Assembly: GCA_049724395.1 (NCBI GenBank)
Contig: JAUGWO010000142.1
Span: 124,001 to 188,000, forward strand
Direction of reading: 5' to 3'
Length of the DNA: 64,000 nucleotides
From: Spongospora subterranea f. sp. subterranea
Taxonomy: Eukaryota
Below the pieces are notes generated by a model that made no database searches, was not told the DNA's origin, and saw only the letters and a program-made list of their open reading frames with translations. Below are positions 1 through 13,456 of this stretch, piece by piece (position 1 is the first letter of the stretch; each line of letters begins with the position of its first letter). A program made the translations under genes and the position numbers.

Positions 1-180
1 CGATACATATACGGAACAGAGAGTAACCCGTTTTTGACGCCATGCTTACTGACTTTCACATCTACATCGTGAACATGGCGCAACAATACGTCGAAATACT
101 GTTTGGCACTCGCTACGGTCGGTGATAATTTATCACCGCCCTCGATGTTCTTCAGATGTTCTAATGCGGAATATATCTGG

Positions 181-310
181 CTAACGCCCGATCCCGGAGC
201 TGTTACCGCTCCACCAACAACGGTCACCGCCATTACGGACTATTGAACCCCTCTCGACTTTGATTCACACTATATTGACACTCAACCACTCGAACTGCGC
301 GTGCAATCTG
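181..310. repeat. Dispersed ~125-bp repeat, copy 1 (copy 2 at 13063-13180)
   Basis: ctaacgcccgatcccggagctgtta...ccctctcgactttgattcacacta(ta)ttgacact..accactcgaactgc...tgcaatct occurs at both positions in the same orientation with small indels. Confidence 0.9.
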
Positions 311-719
311 ACACGTCAGGGTCGTGCGGCCTCAGGAAGGTTGCGCCGCTCTGCTGGGATCAGAGTCGAGGAAGTACCAGTGGCTGTGTCAACTGAGGCA
401 TCAAGTACTGGTTGACGCGCTGTGTTTCAGCCAACGTTTGAGTTCGAAACAGAGGAAGGGACGGATGTGTTGATTTGAAGGTTGATATTGAAACTGATCG
501 ACAACTACGTTGAGTTGTAAACGTAGGATATGTATTGTCTCGTTCAACTCATTTGGCCATGCATTCGGACGTCAATGTGCTGATTGCCATTGTACCGTCT
601 CGTTGTCGAAGCCCCCAACAAATCTGTCTCTTCACTTTGTTTCAGAGGCAAGGAACTGGTGGCGGCGTGGCTCAATTGTTCTTCTAAAGAAGGCTTTGAG
701 GCCAGAGGGGTTCGACGGC

Positions 720-1620
720 CTATAGTCTAATGAGCCTGTTCATGCTTTTCAGCAGTTCCACACTGTTGATCACCCAGTCGATGAACGCAATGGTCCCGCA
801 GCCATTATTCTGGACATTGACATGTTCCGAGCGGCGACATGAACTGCATTTGACATGTTGACGCTTCGATTCATTGTAGACACCTTTACCATTCTTAAGG
901 CCTTGCCTGCGGCAACCTTGAGGAACTGTAAGTTTCCGAGCAACGGGTAATGTCCAGAAAAAATGCAGTGGGACCATTGCGTTTCTGTCGTTGACAGCAG
1001 CCGTGAAGTTCTCGCGGTAAGCAAGTACAACGTGTAGCCTTTGACCCAGAACTCGTTTGATGGCCGAGGGTTGGCGATGGGGCGCTCATCCCCGCCGGCA
1101 TGGCTGCTCATCTCAATGTCCGACCCCAGCGAAATTGTGCCGCGCTCCCCACTTCGGAAAGAGATTGTTGAATGGCGAACAGAGTCCTTACGATCGATGT
1201 GATCGCCGGAATCACCCCGTTGAGTAAAATCACGGGAATCGCACGCAGGGGCACTGGGCACCCTGCAAGGACGCTATCGTTCGTCCTTGCATCTCGCCTA
1301 TTGCATTGTGCTTTCGTACAATAGTCAACGCGATGGCGACCAGAATGAAGGAAGGAACACCCACACACCGTGTCGCCATCCATAATCGGCCTCTCGGGTA
1401 CATCAGTCGAGACTTTACTCATCCGGCGCCTACACCGGTGTTTCGAATGCCGAATCTCGATGGCAGGACTTTGGTTTGCGAATCAGAGTGGCGAATTTCT
1501 TGATGGATCCTCCACATGATAATGATCATATCTGTTATCAATGACCATTCAGTGTCAGCTGATATACAAATCTGTGTATGCTGGTCATTGTCAATATTCA
1601 TCCGCACGACCTGGTTTCGC
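720..1620 (-). mobile_element. Possible heavily decayed non-LTR retrotransposon RT remnant
   Basis: Across shifting minus frames, in RT motif order: VLPSRFGIR (QFGFR-like), MSKVSTDVP (DxSKAFDxV-like), SVLAGCP (GVxQGCP-like), HIDR (YxDD-like?), KRVLGQRL (KYLG-like). All motifs are degenerate. Confidence 0.3.
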
Positions 1621-2927
1621 CATTCGGTCCATCAAGTCGCCGCGTTGATCACGTTCTTCTTACGCGCGACCGAGATCGCATCGAAGGGGCCTACCTAGTG
1701 GCAGTAGTGTGGTTTCGAGTTTTCTGAGGTATCTTCTCGCAAGCGATTGTCCCAATTGTTGGGCACTCCGCTTGGAGGAATAGCGAGTTGACCCTGACAT
1801 TAGCACCTGGTGTAGTTGGTGCGGTATTACCAGTGTTGAGTCGATTAGAACCGCGATGCATTGATTGGAACGGTCTCGTTCAGCATTCGTGTTCTTGAAA
1901 ACTCAAAGGTTAGAGGGTTTCTCTGCTATTTGCGGGACCCCGTTGTTTGGCCGCTGTTCTAGTATGATCGACCGGGTTCAGGTTGTTTTCACGTTCTTGG
2001 TGCTGAAATTTGGATTTAGGCGTCACGCCGCCATCAAATCGTTGCTTTTCAAACAGAGCAAAGTTGACGATCGACCGAGAGATAATATCAATGACAATTC
2101 AGAGCATTGACGTCCGATTTTTTTTGGCCAAACGGGTTTAATCAACAATAAGCCACGGTCATTGTTGTATTGGAAGCGGGCGCTTTCAAAGAGAAGTACG
2201 CTAAAGCAAAACAAACGGCCCATCAGCCACGTACTACCAAGTTAGTACGTAAATGATCGCCAGACAATCAGAGGCCATCCACCCCAGCTGGACAGGTAAT
2301 ATAACCATTAATCGCTATATACCTTTTGAGGCCCGACGCCAGCTTCTGCTGCGAGCACGCGCAGGAAACCCGAACAAGAACCAACATGAAAGTAGATCGA
2401 TAACAACTGTTCAACGAAAAGAAGCCCTCGCTAAATGTCGCCCCTCCGATCGCGGTAGTCGACCAACAAACCTCATCCTCTACTTTCGTTCTCTCCCATC
2501 ATGAAACAATATTCGAACTCAGCCGGGCCAGCTCGACAATGGCTCGTTCCGCCCACAAACGATTTCAAAATGATCATGGTCCTTCTCGAAGGTACGCACA
2601 TCGCGACCGAGAACGACTCGCCTGTTGACGGGAAATCTGCAATACACGAAGCGCAGGCAATCTATATGGCGTAAGCTCTCCTGGACTTAGTTTTCAACTC
2701 GAAGTTCGTCAGAAAGGTCGCTCTTCAGATCACAGTTTCCACACGCCGGGATTGCGCACAGCCGCCAGAAAACGCATGCATTGGAGCAGGTACGATTTTC
2801 GATTAAAGACGCTGGAGATATTGTAGCAAAATTGTAATGGGAATTGCATGAGCCCCGAACGGGACGGGATATGAAATAAAATCGACATTCGGGTACTCTC
2901 GCCCCTGTTTATATATGAATATTTGGA

Positions 2928-5900
2928 TTACATTAAGCCGAAACCTTCGGAATTTTGGATAGCTGTTATTAGCCTCTCTCGAAGTTTCTCCAGCGTCGAA
3001 TATTCCGGGAGAAGAAGATGATTGAAGCAAGTGTGTGAAGTCGGCAACCGATCTGAATCTGGTCCTGCAAAGCTCAAGGTTCAAGTACCATAGAGACACT
3101 TTTATAAATGAACGTACCATTTCTAGCTATAATGAAAGGTACTTTTAAATTTCCCAAACCGTTGATAGGAACGCGATCACTTCCAGTGCAGAAGGACAAA
3201 AACTTCCTTTTTTCCTCTTCACTTAACTCATGAACTACTTTCCAGAAATTAACAATGACAGGGCTGCTTCGATTATAGTTTTCATATCTAGAACAAAAAG
3301 GGCGAGCTGTTACAATTCCAAACGAAACACAAGCATGTCGATTACTTGGCAGCGGCTTCCAAAGCATAAAAGTCGAGCACGGGCGACCCGCATATAGAAA
3401 GATCTAGCTCCTCTGGACGAAAAGCTTGCAACCAAAAACCACCACACACCATTTCGAATCTGTTTTCATTTAGAATTTAGAAGGACCAGGAAATATCATG
3501 ATTCACCCTGATTGGAATGCATGAAACTGCGTCGCAACACTAGAATTAAAGGTGTAATCGACGAAAAGATCGACATACTCCTGTCTGTTCTGGTTTGTCA
3601 ACGCGATCGATGAACCGCCGGGGCATAATTCAACATTCTTGACCTCGCCAAATAGGCTGTACTCAATCGAAAATGTCCTAGTAAAAACAGATTCGACATC
3701 TCCTGCAGACACGTTAATAATCGCAGGAGACATCGGAGGTCTTACCGTCAAATTGGAGTAATTGCACGAGGCCTTTATGAAGCGCTGGATTGAATGTTTT
3801 CATATCTGAAAACTTAACTGTGTGATTGAGGAGTTTCTTGTAAACAACCAATGGAAAACGAATATCCAGAATAACACTGTTGTAAATCGCTAGCCCAAGC
3901 ATAATGCCTGATACAACCCATTAGAAAGAGCATGCAAACAGTCTGACATACCTATCAGTTCAAATTCAAGTTTGGATTCAAAACTATCTTTGTTAAACCA
4001 AAACATTTGACAATCTTCATCGAAAACGAACATCCCTGGGAAAGTCTATGAGCGAATTCAGGAACAAACATAGAAAAGCATCAAGACAATACCATATGCA
4101 GGATTGAACAATTGGCGCATTAAAAGCTGGAAGAACTCCTTTTGAACACCCCCTTCGTCAACACCTTCTTCATTAACAAACTTCACCTAATACAGTGTAA
4201 AAAACGTGTGGATTCCCCAAGCGACCGCAATACTTTTAGTGGCTTCTTGAAGTCGTTACTGTTCTTTCCTTGAAGTTGAAGCAAGGTATCCGCAACGATA
4301 TTGTCGCGATTAACCTGCGCGACCCAAATTCAGAGTGTCATATTGGCTGGAACTTGAAGTTCATGCCTCAAGAACCAGGAATGGCGACGGTACTTGAGAA
4401 GAACTTTGGAACATAAACCGCATTGCGGCCTAGAAAGCATAAAGTTGAAGAACGTCATAAAGGTAAATGGGGGTGACATACTTCATCAAACTGAGTCCTC
4501 ATTTGCAAAGAGGCATCCAACTGAAGTAAATTTGATTTGAACGCGGCATCTAAAATATATGCATGGCGAGAAAAGCAAAATTCATTCGGTCTTTGCACGA
4601 ACATCGCAAAATCTTGTCTATAGTCCAGCTCTAAAATGCACGTTGAAGTCGACTGAACTTACATGATCAGCTTCTAACCTGAGTTGATAAGATCATTATG
4701 GAATTCAGTGTAAGGCAATGGTGAGGTTGAAAGTTCATTTGCTTCATATATAATCCCCAAGAATTTCGTGGCATGGGCAAGATCAGATAAACGAGGTCCT
4801 AAAGCCCTATGCATTCATGTGAAAAACGAACGAAAGAGATGAGGAAATACTAATACCAAGTAACTGATATGTAAGACTGAACTATTCCTACAACACGGGA
4901 CATATCTTCCTGGGAATTGGATGCGAACCACGATATTAAGGTTTGCCTTGTGGAAACACTGGTACTTGCCAGACCGATCATCAGTTGTTTGAGAACTGAT
5001 CACGAAAATGGGATGTGAACATCGCAAACAGACATACACAAGGCACTATTACCGTTGTGGCTAGTTGGATCTAGGAAAAAATCATTCTACAACAAATATT
5101 GGGAAAGCATCCATTATTAAATTCAGCAAATTTACTTGTAGTAATATCCAAGCAGCAAGTATGGGCTTCTCAGAGGGAGGTTCTGAACTATCAGACAGTT
5201 CAAGACGGATACGTTCAACGGCGGGTAATAGCACGTCGGAAAAGACGGTCCCAACAATATCGTCAGCGAGTATGGGCCTTGAACATGTTGGCCGCCATCT
5301 GAGACGAATCCCGAGACGGAAAATACTCGCAAATCGTAGAAACATTTTTGAAAACCTATAATGACAGATCTCATAAACCTGACCACACCAGAAATGATGT
5401 TGCGCCGAACCTCTGACAGCCGAGGTGGAACAGCATCTTTATTGGACAACATTAATGCTATGACTCCTGTGCATGCAGCTTAAACCTTCGTAAAAAAAAC
5501 TATATCAAATTGTTTACCAGTTGGGTCGCATTCATCATTGATATCCGATGCTATTGTGGAAGTTGCGGCATGAGTCAGGCAAACAGGGGCCTGGTTTTGC
5601 AAAAGTACAATTGCCTTTCTCAGCGCATCCAGATTTGATAGCGTAATGAAGCCTGAGCTCAACGACTGACAACCAACTCAACCCGAACAAATGGATACAT
5701 CCTGACCATTGCTACTTGCACAGTTAACATTTGGGCAATCCTTGGTACCGCAGCCTACGCTCAACATCATATGGTATCTAACACCGACAAAGTTAGAGAC
5801 CCCAGCGAACAAAATCAGACAATGCCGAAGGCACTTACTCGAGAATTCGCTGTTTGATATTATCTTGCGCATGACTATTCGGATAATGTGTGAGAAAATT

Positions 5901-5942
5901 TTCACAAAAATGCAGAATCGCAGACCTATCCTGAGAGGCCAT
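2928..5942 (-). CDS. HECT E3 ubiquitin ligase with N-terminal AZUL zinc-binding domain (UBE3A/E6AP-like), multi-exon
   Basis: Spliced N-term [40 protein letters not shown] (AZUL); HECT motifs [41 protein letters not shown], catalytic [16 protein letters not shown], terminal SEGFGLM*. Confidence 0.93.
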
Positions 5943-6235
5943 GTAGCTCGATCAACCAGATGCGACTACAGTTTGAGGCGCTGCGATGTCACGCGAGAGC
6001 TTATTCCATGTGCTGAACGGTAATGAAGGAATGTGGCTAATTGGGACCCGCTTTACACCACACACAGCGCCCCAGTCGACACAATCAGCACGCCACTGTC
6101 ACACCTGTGTAGTCGCCCACAGATACACCGACACCCCCCACTGTGTCCCGGGATGCGCAGCAACCTCCCACACTCTGCTGCCGGCGCGTGGGCTGCAAAC
6201 ATGATCGCGCAGCCTTCATTACATGAACGGGGACG

Positions 6236-7541
6236 ATGATGGCGGATATCGATGCGGCGATGAGGTTGACGTCGGGAGCCATGGGAGATATAATCTCGCT
6301 GAGGATGGCTGTCATGGACGTGTTCAAAGAATGGAAGACGGAATTTGCTGTTGATTCCGACGCGCCAGACGCGTTTGCAGGAATTGTCAAACAGCGAAAA
6401 GTTGCCGTGGATGCGGCATTAGAGAAGTTTCGGAAATCTGTTGTAAAAATTGCAGGTATAGGCTATTGGATTTATAGTATTACAGCTAATTGAAATTGTC
6501 GTGTGCTCTCTTTGCCCGCTTTCTCAGGCCTACCTTCTCTTTCGGCAAGTGATTTTGTAGATAGTGTATCTCTATTTATGAAGTAAGGGTTCAAAAGTTG
6601 ACTGTATCTATATCTCCAACTATGCCTTGAATAGGCCGATACTGCCTTGCAGGTCATTTTCCTATCATCCTGAGCTAAGGTCTTCACTTGATGTTTCGAA
6701 AAATATGAGTGATTTATCCAGGTGGTTAGGCAGTGTTCACTCCTGATTGGTTCTCACTTCTGCCATCAAATAGTGTGTATCGATCAGGCTTACAACGAAC
6801 TTTGCCAACAACTTCGCTAGACTCACCAGTCTGGTTTCCGGTGAATTCATCAGTGTAATTTCAATGCCGACAATCACAATACTATGTTTCAACGTGCCCT
6901 CTATTTTACTGCAGTCAGTTTACTGGATTTGACTCAGCAATACAAGAATTATCAACAAAGTGTGAGAATATATCTGTGCGCTTGTTGGGCGAGAGGTCTG
7001 AGAGCGGCCCTGTTACAGGATTCAGAAAATTACTGGTACGTTTCGCTTTCTTTGTGCCAACTTGAATGCTCATCATCTATCTTTGCAGCTGAACTGTGAA
7101 CCCGTTTTCAAAGTCGTTGTCGGATTATCGTTTTCGCATCATCAGCATACCGATAGTGAGCTATTTGTTGAGAAGGTTAATGTTATTGGATGGGACGAAG
7201 AACCTGAAGATTTGCTTTTCGATGAATCGAATTACAATGTTTTTCAAAAATTTGCGATCATTGCAACAGCAGTTTATGGCATGTTGCAAAAAGACGATTC
7301 GTCAAACTTGGAGAAATTGAACCAGTTTATAGTAAGTTCTCGCTCTTTATCTGAAATGTTCTTACTGTTTTCTTAGTCTTGGCTGTCTCACTATGGCGAT
7401 TTGTTTGCAGCGCCTTGTGTTTCATGCCACAAATTGTTGATGTATGACTCCGATAAGTTCTGTTTCCTTCCTCCTTTATACAGATCCATCAATGATTATC
7501 GTCCATATCACCCTCAATGCTATCAGGCTTCAAAATCATAA
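6236..7541 (+). CDS. MED27: Mediator complex subunit 27, multi-exon
   Basis: C-terminal WLSHYGDLFAAPCVSCHKLL...LPPLYR...YHPQC zinc-binding signature and SNYNVFQK motif typical of Med27. Confidence 0.82.
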
Positions 7542-7548
7542 TATTCTA

Positions 7549-10500
7549 TTACACTATCATCGTTTTATATAAGGGTTTCAAGTATTTCAAGATGAAGACT
7601 TGAAGTTTTTCTTGTAGAGGGATGAATGGATTCCGTACTGGAGGGTAAAAGCAACTTATTGCTGCAATTGCCTCACAAAAGTCAGGGAACAAGAGTTCTT
7701 TCGCCGTCTGTTCGTCGGTGATGTTGGGTGTCGGCAATACGAGTAACGCTCCGACCTGTTCGAACATGATTCAAAATGTGAATCGCAACTTGTCATCCTG
7801 TTGACGAATATCAAAACCTGTGAGAATATTCTGATGATGTCTGTCATCGATACACCAATGTCCATCAGCTTCATCTGCACCCAGAACTATCCCGCGATTA
7901 TCTGCGACGTCATGCGTATTCCTGAAAACCCAGCTTACCTGTTGGAACTCCTGGAAGTCCATCCAACTCAGAGATCCCGCCGCCCGCCCCGACTGTTTGG
8001 AATAGAAAGCGAAGAGATTGCTGAGGTATGGCTCTATGTGTGTAGAGTACGGCTCGGACCGGACGCGACGACATCTTGCACCCATCGACTCACAAGAGAG
8101 CTCGTCAACAAACCAGTCGGTTTACCTGCACGAGAATATCGCTGCATCGCTGCGATACTCGCGACGATATCACGATCCCGCTCAACAGCTTCGAGAGCGC
8201 CTGAACGATTCCGTGCTCGTACCTCCCTTTCTTTGCCGCGATTCGCAGCAATATCGCTAAATCAACCACGTGTGAATGGATTGCTGCGTCGTGAAGGGCA
8301 AGTTGACGATGATCAATACCTTGCCATTGGGTGTAGTCGATTTCGGACGATAAATACTCCTAAGAAAACCTCATACACTGACTCAATATCTTGTTCTGTT
8401 TGTGATTACCTCTCCCGTTTTAGATTTGTTCCCACCACCGTTCGATGATCTTGATCCGGTCTGCGCCTGTCCCGATGCTTTAAACTCGTCGTCCCCCTTC
8501 CTTATCACGTCAACCCAGATCTCGGCAATCTGAGTTAATATCTCAATGAGCGTCCACAGGCGACCTAGAAATCCAGTTCGACCTCGACAGGCGTTGCGCC
8601 ACCACCCAGTGATGGAATTTGGCACTCCCTCAAAAACTTCCAGAACTCCTGGTTGCTCATACGTGATTGGGACCCTAATCGACTCGCAATTCAGGAAACG
8701 GCTTCGTATTGTTCAACGACCGACTCAACCTTCGCCGGATAGCGATGCGAATGCCTTGAATATCGGCTCCAATCGCAGGCGGTGTGTCTTCAGCAGATCT
8801 ATAATCTGTCGGATCGTCGTGCCCTGATCGTCATCGCAGGATTGCCCATCGGACAATATCGCTGGCGCGTCAGAGCCCAGGAACATGATCAGCCGCGCTA
8901 TGAACTAACGCGATCGTCAAATCCGACAACGGCGGCCGTCGACGGCACAACGAACGAACGGACCTGGTCGCCCATATCCCGAACCCGGTCAGCGATCCCC
9001 CGTCGGGTCCTATACGTGTGGTCGTGGTCGATGTCGTTCACGAGCTGAGCGCACGAGTGCGATAGGACCTGGTTGACGTGCTGGCAAAGATCGTCGTATC
9101 CGCACCATTCCTGCCACATCGGGATCAACAACGAGCACCGACTGGGGGTGCGATGGCCAAACACGATGGGATGCGGATTGGATCAGCTTCAGGCCATTAG
9201 TGATCTGGGACAGGACGGTCTCGTTCGGTTGCGATGAGAGATCGGATTTCAGAGAGCTAGCCCACGATAACGTCTATCAAGTTCACAACTGTCGTTCAGT
9301 GATTCCAGAAACCGCAATTTGACCACGATAATGCTGACCGATCGGAACTGTGATATCGTCTCGTGATCCATCAATCGACACGACCCGTTCGACTCGTCGA
9401 CCGCGTTGCTCGACGTGATATCGACGATATTGACCAACAATGCCTATACGCTCCGACGCCAATCAGCGATCGCCAGATTTCGGGAAACGGGTTGAGCGAC
9501 GTTGTTGGTGCACCTTTAGTATAACTGAGGCGCCGGGCGACCCCTCGATTTCCTTCACGATTGTGCAATCTTCACCCTCCAGAGCCGAACTGACTCTACA
9601 GCACTCGGGTTCGGTGACCAAGTTCCTCAATCACAACAATCTAACCGAGTTGAATGGTCCCCGTCTAGAGTCCATTTTCGGGTCCCGAGTTAAGGCGATC
9701 ATTCGGCGATCCAGGCGCCGGTCCAGAATATATTCTGGCGATATCGACGCCTTGTCAGACAGCCCCAGATTATATCCATCCCCGTACCCGACCTGCTCCA
9801 GCCCCTTGATCCTGTCGTCCATGTACGCGCCGATGGTCAACGGCAGCGCCGTCTTCATCATGGCAATCTACACGGTCGCCCAAGTCCAACGGGATTCCAT
9901 CAGCGATCTCTCGTCACTGGTCGGCGACGCGAATCGTACCAGTTTCGCTTGATCGGCGAATCGTGACCCGAGATTGGCAACATTCGACGATAATCGCGCC
10001 TGCTGCAATCGTTTGCCCTTATTCGATTGCGTCAACTGCTCGAGGCGATGAGTATGTTCGGAGATGCGTTGGAATTCCGGGTGGCGATGCGCTTACGCTG
10101 GAGATCGTATTCGATACAGACGTTGAAATCGTCTGAATACGGGCGAGATCGGTGAACGCAGCACCGTGATAGCTATCCAGAATATCGCAGGATTGTTCAA
10201 TCTCAACCGCCTCAGCCTCATTGCGAATCTGGGTGAACACGTCAAAACGCCGAATCCGTTCGTGACGGGCACATCAGACGCACCGTTTTGCGCTGGGCCC
10301 ACAGCATCCTCCACATAACCCAGGAACGCTCAACGCATCGTTGCCCGATCACGACCGATCGCGAACTGATCATCGCCTTCAGATATCGGGACAGTTTCCA
10401 TCGCCAAACCTAAACCGTGACCGGTCAAGAACAAAGCGGCGTTGACTGGTCGAACGAGCCGAACACCCACTTTCCGAGCTGTCGTATCCAACTTCCAGGA

Positions 10501-11320
10501 TTGAAATACGATGGACAGAATACGACGAGCGTATCGAGTACTTTGATAATTGACGATGAACAGCTTCCGGTCCTCGTAATCTCTGAACTCCCCAGCCGCC
10601 GTCGATTCCATCTGGATCATTCGATTGAGGATTGAAAGAAGGTTCCCAGGGCGATCGCTCAGGGGGCCGACCTGGGCGATACGATGCTCGACGAGCTGGT
10701 GGCGTCGACGCAGAGCTGGGAACAGCTGTGCATATGTTGTGATGTGGAGTAGCTGGTCAACGGTGGGGTTGATCGATGGAATCGCTCCCTCGTAGATCGA
10801 CAGCATCATCTCGTTCCTCAGCAAATGCAATATCTGGTCAACCGAACCCGGATCAGTCCCGTTTCGCGAACGACCGTATCGACGACACCTGGCGCAGCGG
10901 GCGCGATCGAACCGATTCGATCATCTGTCCGAATAGGTCAAGATACAATGTGGTTTTGATGGAATTGTTCAATCCCAGCGGGGCCGTCATTGCTTCCACC
11001 TCCTTCATCTGTATCATCGTTTTTCAACGCTCAATCTGTCGACCAGGAAAACCCGTTCGAACCTTGATCGAGCAGAATAACGAGACGGAATGGTACGAGG
11101 CGCGTTCCCGCAGGTATTGGGGCAACCAATCGCCGATCATATCCGATAGGTGAACGGTGCTGGGCGGGTCGTCGTATCGACCCAATATCGGTAGAGGTCG
11201 ATCCGTTATGGGGCGAGGATCCCGACGCGACAGGACAGGATCGAGATGAGACCATCGGATCGGGGTCCAATCCGACTCGATTGGACGGATTCCCTGACGA
11301 CCCCAATAGGGAACATTCAT
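7549..11320 (-). CDS. Large multi-exon hypothetical protein with a C-terminal EF-hand-like region; may be more than one gene
   Basis: Chain of minus-strand ORFs separated by GT-AG introns; C-term LSWMDFQEF...FPDFCEAIAAIS...PFIPLQEKLQVFI resembles degenerate EF-hand helices. Start codon uncertain. Confidence 0.55.
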
Positions 11321-13062
11321 CTTCCGGTTGTGTCTAGATAAGTATCGGGAATGTGGTACCAGATCTGAACTCGTTAGGGGTCGGGTGATCGAACAATGAA
11401 ATTCACGATCGTGTACAATATTCAAAATCGTTCCCAAGAAACATCACAATGCGATCGGCGCTGCTGTTTGATGACGAAGAGAACGGACGGACACGTCATT
11501 ATCGACATGGACACAAGAGAATATATGGTGATCCCCTAAAGCTGAAGCGTGAGCTGTAGCGCCACTTCCGCCTCGATTAACACCGTGACGGACACCGCAA
11601 AGATGGCGCTTGGTCCATCATTCACTGTCCAACCTGATTACGATCGGATATGTAGTTTGTTTGGCGATTAGATCTGACCACTGATATTTTGAGTTTGAAA
11701 GCGCCTCCCTAATCGGTAATTCGAACTGTGTGTTGGTTTCCCATTGGTTATGATGTCTACTCTTTATATTTCATCGGTCCGAATTTCATTGAGGACATGC
11801 TTATGCCTATTTGTCTGAACCAAATCAACAAGTTGATTTGTGGCGTCCTTCAGCGCGTCTGTGTTTGCTGATTATTGAGTGTTTATAGGGGAATCAGCTG
11901 GGTTGGTCTCGCCCAAGAATCCGTTATTGGTTATCGTGATTATGTAGATTGGCAAATGGCGCTATTGGTCGAACCACTGCGGATCATATGCTTGGCGATG
12001 ATCGCCAATTAGGACAATAAATTTTTGGATTTGATGCTATAGCTTCTCATTTATTTTTGTCGAAATCCTGTCGCTGTTCTTGAATTTGAATTTCAGTGAC
12101 CGAGCAATTATTTCTATCTTTTTCCAGTACCCCATGGTTGGAATTGGTGCCTGGCGACAACCTCGTCCTTTCATTAACGCAGTCGTCCAGGCCTTGACCA
12201 TTATCGACCGCCGCCGCAGCGTAATACGATCGCCCAAAATCACATCAATGTTGAACAACTACAACACCCCTCGTTCGCGAACGAGGCGGGCGATCACCGA
12301 GCAGGTCAGTACGAGAACCTGTTTGGACGGTCAGGCTGTCGGCTCGTCCAGATCGATCAGGAATGGGTCGTTCGAATCCGATTACGGAAAGTTGGACTGC
12401 GATCGAGGAGACGTCTGGAGGTCATTCGATTCTTTGGCCTTCAGGATATTGTTGCTAAAGAATCGCTCCCGAGTCTCCTTGACTTGAGCGCCATCACGAT
12501 TCAAACCCCAACCTCTCAATCTCCGCCCACGAACCAACTAGCTCTCCAGGCGACTTCTAGAGCGATTGTGGTCAATGATCAATCCGTCCACTTTTCGAAA
12601 TCGGATTGTGCCCGACCCGCTCCATCTCGATCCGATTGAATCTGAAATTGGGCTACAGCCTGATCGCCCCTCCATACAGGTTCCCCTATTGGGGCGTTCG
12701 ACGATTCCCGCCCTCTGATCGCCCGTATTTCGTGACTGACGTCTAGGCGTGTCGTGACGTGATTATTGAGCGATCGTATTACCCTGACTGACTTAATCGC
12801 ATATTAGGATTGGGGTCACAACTCGTGTTCTTTGAACGTCCTTCTTGTCGACGAACTGAAGTTGAATCGGTTTGCCCCTCATTGGCAGAGGTTCAGTGAG
12901 GCGCCCACCGATCCTGAACAACTTCTGATCAGCTCCAGATGATCATGGGGCAGAACACGTCTCAATCTATCGACAGAAGTGATCGTCGACGCGATCAGGT
13001 GGTGATATTATCCCATCACTTACACACTGTCGCGTCAATTTAACTCGATTATGATCTCATTG

Positions 13063-13180
13063 CTAACGCCCGATCCCGGAGCTGTTATTACCGCCCCAAA
13101 CGATCACCGCCATTAGAATTCCCTCTCGACTTTGATTCACACTATTGACACTGAACCACTCGAACTGCACCTGCAATCTA
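13063..13180. repeat. Dispersed repeat, copy 2 (matches 181-310)
   Basis: Direct sequence similarity to 181-310. Confidence 0.9.
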
Positions 13181-13456
13181 GGTAGTATCTCACATCGTCG
13201 TGAGACGTCCTCAAAAGGGCGATGTTCTTTTGTCGATGGCCAATCCGCACCGCCCGTTGACGTTGATCGCGGTTGTCGGGTCAGTAGTTCTTGGACGACC
13301 CAAGTAGTCATTCACCATCTAATTGATCTTGATTGTCAGAAAGAGGGGGACAGCGAGCGATGAGTCATGATTGTCATCAAAACCCCTAAACTTCCTTCTT
13401 CCGTTCTTCCGCACCGTATTCGCTGACCTGGCTCAGTTTCCAAATCGAGTTAGAAT

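Noticed and set aside
12400..12560. Myb/SANT-like fragment SWAEIERLGLNRDGAQVKETRERF on the minus strand
   Set aside because: Too short and degenerate; no supportable gene model
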